Shown piece by piece: positions 17,588-24,539 of a stretch of DNA of 36,411 nucleotides. Numbering within the stretch: position 1 is the first letter of the stretch; every line of letters starts with the position of its first letter. This stretch comes from a virus, in IMG/VR virus record IMGVR_UViG_3300029558_000072, positions 1 through 36,411 of that record; one strand, 5' to 3'. Both the position numbers and the translations under genes were made by a program. The notes under the pieces are model-generated. The model worked only from the letters and a program-made list of their open reading frames with translations. It did not search any database and was not told where the DNA came from.

Positions 17588-18786
17588 GAGATCGAACGCC
17601 TACGAAGGCCCTTGAAAACGGCGCGCTGCGCTACGGCGTGTACGCAGAGGACGGAAGCCTGCTGCGCTATGAGTATCTGGCGCTGGAGGATGACCCCGCA
17701 GACCCCGGCACGGAGCTGAGAAAGTCCACGCTGCTTCAGGATTCCACGGAGGTTTCCCTGTTCGGCGGCGCGGCGGACCGGACGGTGGACGAAGCCTTTG
17801 CCGGGATCGCCGGACAGCTGAAGCTCATCAAGTCCGATGTGGCGGCCATCACCCTGACGGTGCAGGATGCCAACGGCAAGCCCATTCCGGAGGTGCTGGT
17901 ACGGGGCATTTTAAGCGAGAGCGGACAGGCGGTGTACACCAACGCCAACGGCGTGGTGACCGGCTACATTGGTGAGGGTGCTCAGGTCATTAAGGTCAGC
18001 GGCTATGCAGATCTTGAGGATTACAGCGAGACCGTGACCGTGGTCAAGGGCACGACCATCAACAAGACGATCAAGCTGACAACCCGGAATTTTCTGAAAA
18101 TCACGGCCAGCAAAAGCGTTGCATTTTCCGGGAACGTTAAAACTGTTGATGTGAATGCTGTTGGCGGTGGCGGTGGCGGTGGATATGGCGCTGGCACCTA
18201 TCGAGGATCAGGCGGCGGCGGTGGCGGTGGTGGTGGGCACAGTGTAATTCAGACTGGCATCGCCGTTGAAATTAACACACCATATCTCTGTATTGTTGGT
18301 GCTGGAGGGGAGAGCAAAAGAGCCGAAAAAGCAACCGATGGAGGAGAATCATCATTCCTCAACGTTCGAGCATCAGGCGGTGGCGGTGGCCAATACGCAT
18401 ACGGAACACCATCTGGCGGCGCAGGATCCGGAAATGGAAATGGTGGTGCTGGCAATGGCGGAAGCGATGACGCATTTGATGGGACTGTCGGCACCGAACA
18501 GGGATTTTTATCTTTTTCCGAATCCGGATATGTCGGCGGCGGTGGCGGTGGTGGCAGCGGCTCCGATAGTGATGGAAATACTGGTTCTCCAGGAACCGGA
18601 AAAGGATACGGTGGAAACGGAGGTGGCCGCTCTGGAGACGCTACTAAAAATGAAGGCGAGCCGGGGGTCAACGGATACGGTGGTGGCGGCGGTGGTGGAG
18701 GTTCTTATTTAAGCAATTACAGTGCCGGAGGCAAGGGCGGCTCCGGCTGCATCGCCATCCGGATGCACCTGAAATCTGCGGCGTAA
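17584..18786 (+). CDS. second glycine-rich-domain tail fibre protein
   Basis: ATGA overlap. The C-terminal half carries poly-Gly runs and ends GGKGGSGCIAIRM, paralogous to the end of 14247..16475. Confidence 0.7.
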   Translation: MRDRTPTKALENGALRYGVYAEDGSLLRYEYLALEDDPADPGTELRKSTLLQDSTEVSLFGGAADRTVDEAFAGIAGQLKLIKSDVAAITLTVQDANGKPIPEVLVRGILSESGQAVYTNANGVVTGYIGEGAQVIKVSGYADLEDYSETVTVVKGTTINKTIKLTTRNFLKITASKSVAFSGNVKTVDVNAVGGGGGGGYGAGTYRGSGGGGGGGGGHSVIQTGIAVEINTPYLCIVGAGGESKRAEKATDGGESSFLNVRASGGGGGQYAYGTPSGGAGSGNGNGGAGNGGSDDAFDGTVGTEQGFLSFSESGYVGGGGGGGSGSDSDGNTGSPGTGKGYGGNGGGRSGDATKNEGEPGVNGYGGGGGGGGSYLSNYSAGGKGGSGCIAIRMHLKSAA

Positions 18787-18798
18787 AGGAGGGAGCCT

Positions 18799-19080
18799 AT
18801 GGAATACTGCATTGTAGAGGACGGCGTGATCGTCAACATGATCGTGGCCGAGGCGGACTTTGCGGAGGAGATCGGGGCGCTGCCCTCCTACAAGGGCGCG
18901 GCCATCGGCGGGGCGTACACACCGCCTCCCCCGGAGCCGGAGCCACCTACCACAGACGAGCGGGTGGCGAAGCTGGAGGCGGAAAACAAGCTGCTGCGGG
19001 AACAGGTGAGCGCGCAGGCGGATCAGGCGGAGTTCTACGAGGAGTGCATCGCCGAGATGGCGGCGATCGTCTATGCGTGA
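18799..19080 (+). CDS. hypothetical protein (Pro-rich linker plus coiled coil)
   Basis: 93-aa ORF with AAGGAGGGAG upstream. Confidence 0.6.
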   Translation: MEYCIVEDGVIVNMIVAEADFAEEIGALPSYKGAAIGGAYTPPPPEPEPPTTDERVAKLEAENKLLREQVSAQADQAEFYEECIAEMAAIVYA

Positions 19081-19138
19081 GTTTTGGGCGGGAAAAGCCC
19101 TGAACCTATATTTTTTACTATCGAAAGGAGCAAGAGAC

Positions 19139-19300
19139 ATGATGGCAATGTTGTTTGCGCAGAGAGTGATTCTGGAAAAAACCGAGTTTGAGAAGGTGCC
19201 CCCTAAGCTGAAGCAGCAGGTGGCGGACATTCTCATCAACGAGTGCGGCCTGCCGGAGCTGGTGCCTGCGGAGTTTGGGGGAACCGCAAAGGCAGAGTAA
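19139..19300 (+). CDS. small tail-module protein (hypothetical)
   Basis: ATG 19139 follows AAAGGAG. 53 aa. Confidence 0.55.
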   Translation: MMAMLFAQRVILEKTEFEKVPPKLKQQVADILINECGLPELVPAEFGGTAKAE

Positions 19301-19307
19301 CAAAAGA

Positions 19308-19324
19308 GCCGCCCAGCGGGCGGC
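19308..19324 (-). terminator. hairpin gccgccc-agc-gggcggc; on the - strand it is followed by TCTTTTG
   Basis: 7-bp GC stem read directly. A T-run is present only for leftward transcripts. Confidence 0.5.
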
Positions 19325-19332
19325 GTAGAAAA

Positions 19333-19361
19333 TTGACAAAGCAAGGCGAATCGTGTATGAT
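19333..19361 (+). promoter_or_regulatory. near-consensus sigma-70-type promoter TTGACA-N17-TATGAT
   Basis: Read directly (TTGACA 19333-19338, TATGAT 19356-19361), in a non-coding gap after the tail genes. Confidence 0.7.
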
Positions 19362-19414
19362 GGGGTTCGCCAGTAAGAGCGGTACGGTTGTTTCCCCGTA
19401 AAGGGGGTGACCGC

Positions 19415-19492
19415 ATGAGCACAGCAGAAACCATTGCGTTACTTATGCTTGTGATTGCGGCTATCAAATTAGGCGTTGACCTAAAGAAATAA
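19415..19492 (+). CDS. 25-aa hydrophobic peptide, type I toxin / holin-like toxin candidate
   Basis: MSTAETIALLMLVIAAIKLGVDLKK: a TM helix plus a Lys-rich tail. Its SD AGGGGGTGA can pair with the upstream CCCC. Confidence 0.55.
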   Translation: MSTAETIALLMLVIAAIKLGVDLKK

Positions 19493-19585
19493 CCGCCACC
19501 TAAATCGGCAGCGGCTTTTCTACGGATTCTAAATCTGTTGGGGAACGACCTGCACCGACCAAAGTGAGCCGTCCTTACTGGCCCT

Positions 19586-19615
19586 ATTATATACATGCCA
19601 ACGCCGCTTTGTCAA
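19586..19615 (-). promoter_or_regulatory. - strand promoter TTGACA-N18-TATAAT, convergent with the peptide gene
   Basis: The reverse complement of 19586..19615 reads TTGACAaagcggcgttggcatgtaTATAAT. Confidence 0.6.
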
Positions 19616-19636
19616 GGATGACAAGGCGGCTTTTTT
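19603..19636 (+). terminator. rho-independent terminator
   Basis: Stem gccgctttgtca / tgacaaggcggc (one G-U pair), loop agga, then TTTTTT. Confidence 0.8.
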
Positions 19637-19687
19637 GATTGGAAAAACATATAGGCGCCTTAAAACTGCAACTTTAAGGAGTGTGTT

Positions 19688-19912
19688 ATGACGGAGACGA
19701 TAATCTGCGCCCTCATCACAGGGGGGCTGACGCTGATGGGCGTGCTCATCGCCAACGGCAAACAGCAGGCGATCACGGACACGAAACTGGACGAGTTGAC
19801 CCGCGAGGTGCGGGAGCACAACAGCTTCGCCCAGCGGGTGCCGGTGATCGAGGAACAGATCAAGGTAATCAATCACCGGATCGAGGATCTGGAGCATATC
19901 AGTGAACGCTGA
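19688..19912 (+). CDS. N-terminal TM plus coiled-coil protein, lysis-cassette associated (holin-like)
   Basis: TAAGGAG RBS. One TM (IICALITGGLTLMGVLIA) followed by a charged helix. Confidence 0.6.
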   Translation: MTETIICALITGGLTLMGVLIANGKQQAITDTKLDELTREVREHNSFAQRVPVIEEQIKVINHRIEDLEHISER

Positions 19913-19924
19913 AAGGAGAACGCT

Positions 19925-20116
19925 ATGGAAAACATCAAGAAGCGGCTGGGCAATCTGCTGGCGGTAAAAAGCCTTGTGACCATCACCCTGACGGTGGTGT
20001 TCGCGGTGCTGGCCCTGCGGGAGAGCATTAGCGGCAGCGAGTTCCTGACCATCTTCACGGTGGTCATCGGGTTCTATTTTGGAACCCAGCGGGTAGCCGA
20101 GGACAAGAACGGTTGA
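19925..20116 (+). CDS. holin (two TM segments)
   Basis: 63 aa with two hydrophobic segments and a charged C-terminus, upstream of the lysins. Confidence 0.7.
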   Translation: MENIKKRLGNLLAVKSLVTITLTVVFAVLALRESISGSEFLTIFTVVIGFYFGTQRVAEDKNG

Positions 20117-20160
20117 AAACGGTTGGAGAATCAACCGAAAAATTTGAAAGGGGACATATT

Positions 20161-20487
20161 ATGAACAAGATCTATGAGAACATCATCAACGAGGGCAAGA
20201 AGAACGGCGAGGCCGTGGAGACCATCAACGCGGAGTTGAAGGAGGCCGGTGCCAACTTCCACTTGAATCCCGACGGCGGCGTGGCCGGTTGGACCGAGGA
20301 CGAAATGCGGGAGGGCTTCATCCCTGCGGAGACCGAGCCGGAGGACGTGAAGCACCTCCACGACTACATGAAGTTCAACCCCGCCAAGGCCAACACCGAG
20401 GAGGAGGTCTGGGTGCCCGAGGGCCATTACCGCATCACCTTCGACGAGGGCGGCCATCCCACCAAGGCCGTGAGAATCAATGGTTGA
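20161..20487 (+). CDS. hypothetical acidic protein
   Basis: ATG 20161 follows AAAGGGGA. 108 aa. Confidence 0.6.
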   Translation: MNKIYENIINEGKKNGEAVETINAELKEAGANFHLNPDGGVAGWTEDEMREGFIPAETEPEDVKHLHDYMKFNPAKANTEEEVWVPEGHYRITFDEGGHPTKAVRING

Positions 20488-21160
20488 TACGTTTGACTGC
20501 GCCCGTGCGCAGATCTACCACAACACCGGAAAGCTGACCCCGGCGCAGATCAAGGCCAAGACCGGCTGCACCCACATCATAAACGGCTATCTGTTCAACG
20601 GCAAGTTTCAGCCGGTGGGCTGGACGGTGATCGACGGTAAGATCATCAGCCGGGACAAATACCAGGACTGGGGCGTGTCCATTGGCAGTGACGGCAAGCC
20701 GCAGATGCTGACGGACCGGGGCGGATCGTTTTTGTCCGGCGTGCCCATCCTCAAGGGCGGGTCCAAGCTCTACCGGGGCCTGACCGCCGACGTGGCCCGG
20801 CCTGCTGCCCGGACGGCGGTGGGCTGGATGCCCAACGGCAAGGTATGCCTGTGGTGCGACAAGGCCAGCCTGACCCGTGAGCAGCTCCAGAACAAACTGC
20901 TGGGGCTGGGCGTGGTAGACGCCCTCATGCTGGACGGCGGCGGCTCCACCCAGGGCATTTTCCCCGGCGGGAAGGTGATCAGCAGCCGGAAGGTGCCCAC
21001 GCTGCTGCTGTTTTGGGAGCGGTCGGCAAAGCCGGAAGATCAAGCCCTCGTATGGGGGAAGTCTCACGGCCTGCTGACGGACACCAACGCCGGGGAGACC
21101 GTGACACGGGCCGACATGGTTCAAGCGCTGTATCAGATCTGGGGGGATAACCATGGTTGA
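20480..21160 (+). CDS. phosphodiester glycosidase (NAGPA/DUF2233-like) domain protein, lysis enzyme candidate
   Basis: ARTAVGW...ALMLDGGGSTQ motif pattern, located in the lysis cassette. Confidence 0.6.
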   Translation: MVDTFDCARAQIYHNTGKLTPAQIKAKTGCTHIINGYLFNGKFQPVGWTVIDGKIISRDKYQDWGVSIGSDGKPQMLTDRGGSFLSGVPILKGGSKLYRGLTADVARPAARTAVGWMPNGKVCLWCDKASLTREQLQNKLLGLGVVDALMLDGGGSTQGIFPGGKVISSRKVPTLLLFWERSAKPEDQALVWGKSHGLLTDTNAGETVTRADMVQALYQIWGDNHG

Positions 21161-21548
21161 GATCCACGCTTACAGCAAAGCCGCCTCCGGGGGCAAGCAG
21201 CTTTCCGCACATTTCAAGGTGCGGGAGTTTGCGTGTGGAGACGGCAGTGACGCTGTTTTGGTGGCGCCCCGGCTGGTGATGGTGCTGGAGACCATCCGCA
21301 CCCACTTCGACGCTCCGGTGGTCATCCACAGCGGGTACCGCACACCGCAGTACAATGCCAAGGTGGGCGGGGTGGCCCATAGTCAGCACTGCTATGGCAT
21401 GGCTGCGGATATCTCCGTCAAGGGCCAGGTTCCGGCAGGGGTGGCAGCGTTTGCCCGGTCGCTGATGCCCGATTGGGGCGGCGTGGGGGTTTATGACAGC
21501 TTTTGTCATATCGACGTGAGAGAGACCAAGGCTGACTGGAAAGGATAA
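21153..21548 (+). CDS. peptidase M15A-family cell-wall hydrolase (endolysin)
   Basis: F..REF.C, SGYRTPQYN...HSQHCYGMAADI and HIDVR zinc-ligand pattern. Confidence 0.8.
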   Translation: MVEIHAYSKAASGGKQLSAHFKVREFACGDGSDAVLVAPRLVMVLETIRTHFDAPVVIHSGYRTPQYNAKVGGVAHSQHCYGMAADISVKGQVPAGVAAFARSLMPDWGGVGVYDSFCHIDVRETKADWKG

Positions 21549-21615
21549 AACCGAAAGGAGGTCCAGAAGATGGCAACATCCACGCGGAAACGCGCTCTGC
21601 AAGTCTGGAGAACCC

Positions 21616-21852
21616 ATGGAGAAAACAAACCGAGAGATTCGGGCGCTGTTGTCATCCATGGCCCCGGCCCGGGCGGCGCAGGCCGTCCGGCTGGTAGGGC
21701 TGCCGCCTGACGAGGAGACGGCGGTGCTGGCGGTAGACGTCCACGGCCAGAGCTGCCTACAGGCGGCGGCGCTGCTCCACGTCAGCGTGGACGGGTTAGC
21801 TAAGATCCGGCGAAGGGCCTACGCCAAAATAGCGGATGATATGCAGGGATAG
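21616..21852 (+). CDS. sigma-70 region-4-like HTH regulator
   Basis: LPPDEETAVLAVDVHGQSCLQAAALLHVSVDGLAKIRRRAYAKI resembles a region-4 HTH. 78 aa. Confidence 0.55.
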   Translation: MEKTNREIRALLSSMAPARAAQAVRLVGLPPDEETAVLAVDVHGQSCLQAAALLHVSVDGLAKIRRRAYAKIADDMQG

Positions 21853-21858
21853 AGAAAA

Positions 21859-21887
21859 GCCGTGTCCGAATCGGACACGGCTTTTTT
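21859..21887 (+). terminator. rho-independent terminator built on palindrome copy 5
   Basis: 23-bp perfect palindrome gccgtGTCCGAATCGGACacggc followed by TTTTTT. Confidence 0.8.
21864..21876. repeat. GTCCGAWTCGGAC palindrome, copy 5 of 8 (centre A)
   Basis: Exact match, forming the core of the terminator hairpin. Confidence 0.95.
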
Positions 21888-21889
21888 CG

Positions 21890-21954
21890 GGCAGTTTGAG
21901 GGCAGAATACAGGCAGTTTCCGGGCAGTTTGGCTGTCCGGATTTTTTGTATCAT
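21890..21954 (+). promoter_or_regulatory. three GGCAGTTT direct repeats (plus a GGCAGAAT variant) and a TATCAT -10-like box upstream of the accessory operon
   Basis: GGCAGTTT at 21890, 21912 and 21923; GGCAGAAT at 21901; TATCAT at 21949-21954. Confidence 0.4.
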
Positions 21955-21980
21955 GAGGGTAGGAAAAAAGGAGGTGCGCT

Positions 21981-22388
21981 ATGGATCAGCAATTTGCGAT
22001 CGCAGGATACACGGGCTCCAGCTGCCTGATGTGCGCTATCGACGGCGCGGACATCTGGCAGGTGGACTATTTTGGCAACCGTCAGCAGCTCATCGGCAAG
22101 ACCTCAGCGGCCTACACGGAGCTGGAGAGCACCACTCAGCAGTACTATGACAAGCTGGTGGAGTTGGGCGTTATCACCCCGCCCAAGACGCAGGAAGAGC
22201 TGATGGGTGAGATGCAGTCGGCCATGAGCGACATGGCCGAGATCATCAAGGGCCTATCGGCCCAGGTAAAGGAGCTGAAGGAGAATGGATCTCAAACAGA
22301 TCATAGCGGCCGCGTCGAAGATGTTCCCCAGCGCCGACCTGCAAAACGCGGTGCAGAAGGCGGAGCAGGCGATCAGCGGGACGGCTGA
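21981..22388 (+). CDS. hypothetical protein (3' end uncertain)
   Basis: Strong RBS AAAGGAGGTG. The last ~35 aa are low-complexity and overlap the next ORF by 104 nt. Confidence 0.55.
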   Translation: MDQQFAIAGYTGSSCLMCAIDGADIWQVDYFGNRQQLIGKTSAAYTELESTTQQYYDKLVELGVITPPKTQEELMGEMQSAMSDMAEIIKGLSAQVKELKENGSQTDHSGRVEDVPQRRPAKRGAEGGAGDQRDG

Positions 22389-22629
22389 CACGCTGGAGGG
22401 CGTCCAGAGCACAGCCAGACGGCTGGGCATTGACCCCAATATCGCAAACAGCCTGTATGCCCGCTACGGGAAGACCATGCAGGCAAAGGCCCTGTGCGGC
22501 CTTCTGGGGACCACACCGGAGGCCTTGCGCTCCGATGCCAACAAGATCCTTGGCGGCGCACAGAACGGCTCCCAGCCCCCTCAGAAGGGGAAAGCGGGCG
22601 GTTCCATCAAATTCCCCCGGCTTAAATAG
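22285..22629 (+). CDS. hypothetical protein
   Basis: 114-aa ORF with protein-like composition and AAGGAG 10 nt upstream. Confidence 0.55.
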   Translation: MDLKQIIAAASKMFPSADLQNAVQKAEQAISGTADTLEGVQSTARRLGIDPNIANSLYARYGKTMQAKALCGLLGTTPEALRSDANKILGGAQNGSQPPQKGKAGGSIKFPRLK

Positions 22630-22665
22630 CCGGTTGGAATAAAAACACGAAAGGAGCACGAACAC

Positions 22666-23205
22666 ATGGAAGATCGTAGCACTGGTATGAGCTGGATTGC
22701 AGTCCTTTTTGTCATCATCGTGATTTTCGCCATTTTCGGCGGGAATTTCGGCGGCGGCTGGGGCTGGAATCGCGGCAACAATCCCTATCCCCCGCAGGAG
22801 GGCTGTAACCGGGTGAGCAACTGCGAGATCGAGAGACAGGAGATCGCCGACACGGCCCGGACCCAGTACCTCATCGAGCAGCAGAGCAATGACACCCGTA
22901 TGGCCATCAACGCCAGCACGGAGGCCATTACCTCTCAGGCCAGCCGGATCTATGAGCAGCGCCTCCAGGAGACCATCTTTGATCTCAAGATGGAGAACCA
23001 GAACCTCAAGAACGGCATTTTCACCAAGGAGCAGACCGACGCGCTGGCGGCGAAGATCTCCGACTGCTGCTGTGGCTTCAACCGCCGTCTGGATGCCATC
23101 GAGGGCCGGATGCTGACCAAGCCGAACCTGTACGGCGTTGCGTCCACCTGCGGCGGCCAGATTATTCCCGCATCCTGCGGCTGCAACGGCAGCGGCAACA
23201 TCTGA
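22666..23205 (+). CDS. membrane-anchored coiled-coil protein with Gly/Trp-rich juxtamembrane segment and Cys-rich C-terminus
   Basis: AAAGGAG RBS. TM WIAVLFVIIVIFAIFGG, then NFGGGWGW, then CCCG...CGG...CGCNG. Confidence 0.65.
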   Translation: MEDRSTGMSWIAVLFVIIVIFAIFGGNFGGGWGWNRGNNPYPPQEGCNRVSNCEIERQEIADTARTQYLIEQQSNDTRMAINASTEAITSQASRIYEQRLQETIFDLKMENQNLKNGIFTKEQTDALAAKISDCCCGFNRRLDAIEGRMLTKPNLYGVASTCGGQIIPASCGCNGSGNI

Positions 23206-23254
23206 GCAACTTTTTCCACATCGGAAACAGTTCAGGCCCCTTCGGCCGGGTAAT

Positions 23255-23285
23255 GGGCGGGGCCGGTGCCCCGCCCTTCAATTTT
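23255..23285 (+). terminator. hairpin gggcggggc-cggt-gccccgccc followed by TTCAATTTT
   Basis: 9-bp perfect GC stem read directly. The T-tract is interrupted. Confidence 0.55.
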
Positions 23286-23300
23286 GAAAGGAGAAAAATT

Positions 23301-23702
23301 ATGAGTTGTAAGTCTGCTTTATACGCTGCTATGCAGACCCCCACGGCGGTGGCTGTTGGCGGCGTCATCCCTCTGGGCGGCCTGATCCGGCGGTACGGCT
23401 GCGACATTGCCCTCAACGGCAACGCGGTCAACCTCTCCGGCGTCGGCTACTATGACGTGGACGCCTCCATCACCGCTACCCTCACGGCGGCCGGAGCCGT
23501 CACCGCCACACTCTACAAGGACGGCGTGGCAGTCCCCGGCGCCACCGCCACCGAGACCGGCGCGGCCGACGGCACGGTCAACCTGGATCTCACGGCGCTG
23601 GTGCGTCAGCCCTGCTGCGCTGCCGGCGCGGCTCTGACTTTGGTGCTGACCGGCGTGGAGGCCACCGTTGACAACGTGGCCCTGCGGGTTCAGCGGATCT
23701 GA
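23301..23702 (+). CDS. BclA-C-terminal/TNF-like (C1q-like jelly-roll) domain protein candidate
   Basis: GGAGAAAAATT RBS. The pattern IALNGNAVNLSGVGYYDV...ATLYKDGVAVPGA...LTLVLTG...VALRV is recognised by eye only. Confidence 0.5.
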   Translation: MSCKSALYAAMQTPTAVAVGGVIPLGGLIRRYGCDIALNGNAVNLSGVGYYDVDASITATLTAAGAVTATLYKDGVAVPGATATETGAADGTVNLDLTALVRQPCCAAGAALTLVLTGVEATVDNVALRVQRI

Positions 23703-23714
23703 CGGAGGCGCGGC

Positions 23715-23876
23715 ATGGTGCAGCTGTTAATTGGGATGCTGCTGGGCGTCATGGCTGCCACACCTACCGGCCGCAGCATTGGCAACCAGATCGGCAACGC
23801 TGCCATTGATAAGGTCAAGGAGGCCATGAAGGCCCCGACGGCCGGAGAGGAGGACAACCATGGAGAATCTGCATGA
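23715..23876 (+). CDS. 53-aa small membrane protein
   Basis: Hand translation: MVQLLIGMLLGVMAATPTGRSIGNQIGNAAIDKVKEAMKAPTAGEEDNHGESA. Confidence 0.4.
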   Translation: MVQLLIGMLLGVMAATPTGRSIGNQIGNAAIDKVKEAMKAPTAGEEDNHGESA

Positions 23877-24363
23877 GCAAATCAAGGCGTATATTCCCAA
23901 GCTGGAATACAGCATCCGGGAGTATATGCGGAACCCTGCCACCCCTAACGCGGCGCAGGGGATCATGGCGATGGTGGAATGCCTCAACATGCTCAAGGGT
24001 GCCGAGGAAGCGATCTGCACAGGCCGGGAGATGACAAAGGCCGACGCGGAGGCGTGGGCAGCTCATATGGTCAACGAGGACGGCACCACCGGCCCGCACT
24101 GGCCTATGGAGCAGACCACGGCGCTGGCGGAAAGCATGGGCCTTTCGTGGGACCATATTTCCCCGTGGTGCTGGTGGATCACCATGAACATGATGTACTC
24201 CGACTACGGCAGCGTGGCCATCCATTATGGCGTCAGCACGGCGGAGTTCTTCGCGGAGTTGGCCCAGGCGTTCCTTTTTGACAAGGACGGCCCCGGCCCC
24301 AAGGCGAAGCTGGCGGCCTACTACCACGGCATCGTCAAGGCGGGGAAGAAAAACGAGTTGTAA
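23860..24363 (+). CDS. hypothetical protein (Trp-rich, VNEDGTTGPHW motif)
   Basis: 167-aa ORF, last gene before attP. Confidence 0.65.
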   Translation: MENLHEQIKAYIPKLEYSIREYMRNPATPNAAQGIMAMVECLNMLKGAEEAICTGREMTKADAEAWAAHMVNEDGTTGPHWPMEQTTALAESMGLSWDHISPWCWWITMNMMYSDYGSVAIHYGVSTAEFFAELAQAFLFDKDGPGPKAKLAAYYHGIVKAGKKNEL

Positions 24364-24378
24364 TAGAGTTGTAATAGG
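24355..24378 (+). repeat. 24-bp direct repeat GAGTTGTAATAGAGTTGTAATAGG, left copy (itself 2 x GAGTTGTAATA)
   Basis: Identical to 24540..24563. Overlaps the stop codon of 23860..24363. Confidence 0.9.
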
Positions 24379-24424
24379 CTTCATTTTTTCTCGTTTTCCC
24401 GCCACTTTTCAAAAAATAAGAAAA

Positions 24425-24449
24425 GCCTGTAACCGTTACGGTTACAGGC
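24425..24449. terminator. bidirectional terminator hairpin gcctgtaacc-gttac-ggttacaggc
   Basis: 10-bp perfect stem with an A-rich run on the left and TTTCTT on the right. Confidence 0.7.
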
Positions 24450-24454
24450 TTTCT

Positions 24455-24500
24455 TGGTCCGAGTGGCGAGACTTGAACTCACGACCCCTTGACCCCCAGT
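24455..24500 (-). other. tRNA 3'-half-like segment (T-arm, acceptor 3' strand, CCA), probable attP core
   Basis: The reverse complement reads ...GTGAG-TTCAAGT-CTCGC-CACTCGG-A-CCA. No matching 5' acceptor strand occurs nearby, so this is a fragment. Confidence 0.55.
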
Positions 24501-24539
24501 CATTTAAAAAGCGTGTATTTCCAACGGACTGGCGGTTTG

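Larger units (their letters stand above)
19308..19579 (-). ncRNA. putative cis-antisense RNA (antitoxin candidate)
   Basis: Inferred only from the - strand promoter at 19586..19615 and the - strand terminator at 19308..19324. The ends are approximate. Confidence 0.3.

Noticed and set aside
18160-18700. GGC/GGT tandem repeats considered as a CRISPR or minisatellite element.
   Set aside because: They are in frame and encode poly-Gly runs of a glycine-rich fibre domain. There is no repeat-spacer periodicity.
16472-18786. A diversity-generating retroelement targeting the fibre genes.
   Set aside because: There is no reverse transcriptase gene, and I saw no template/variable repeat pair anywhere in the genome.
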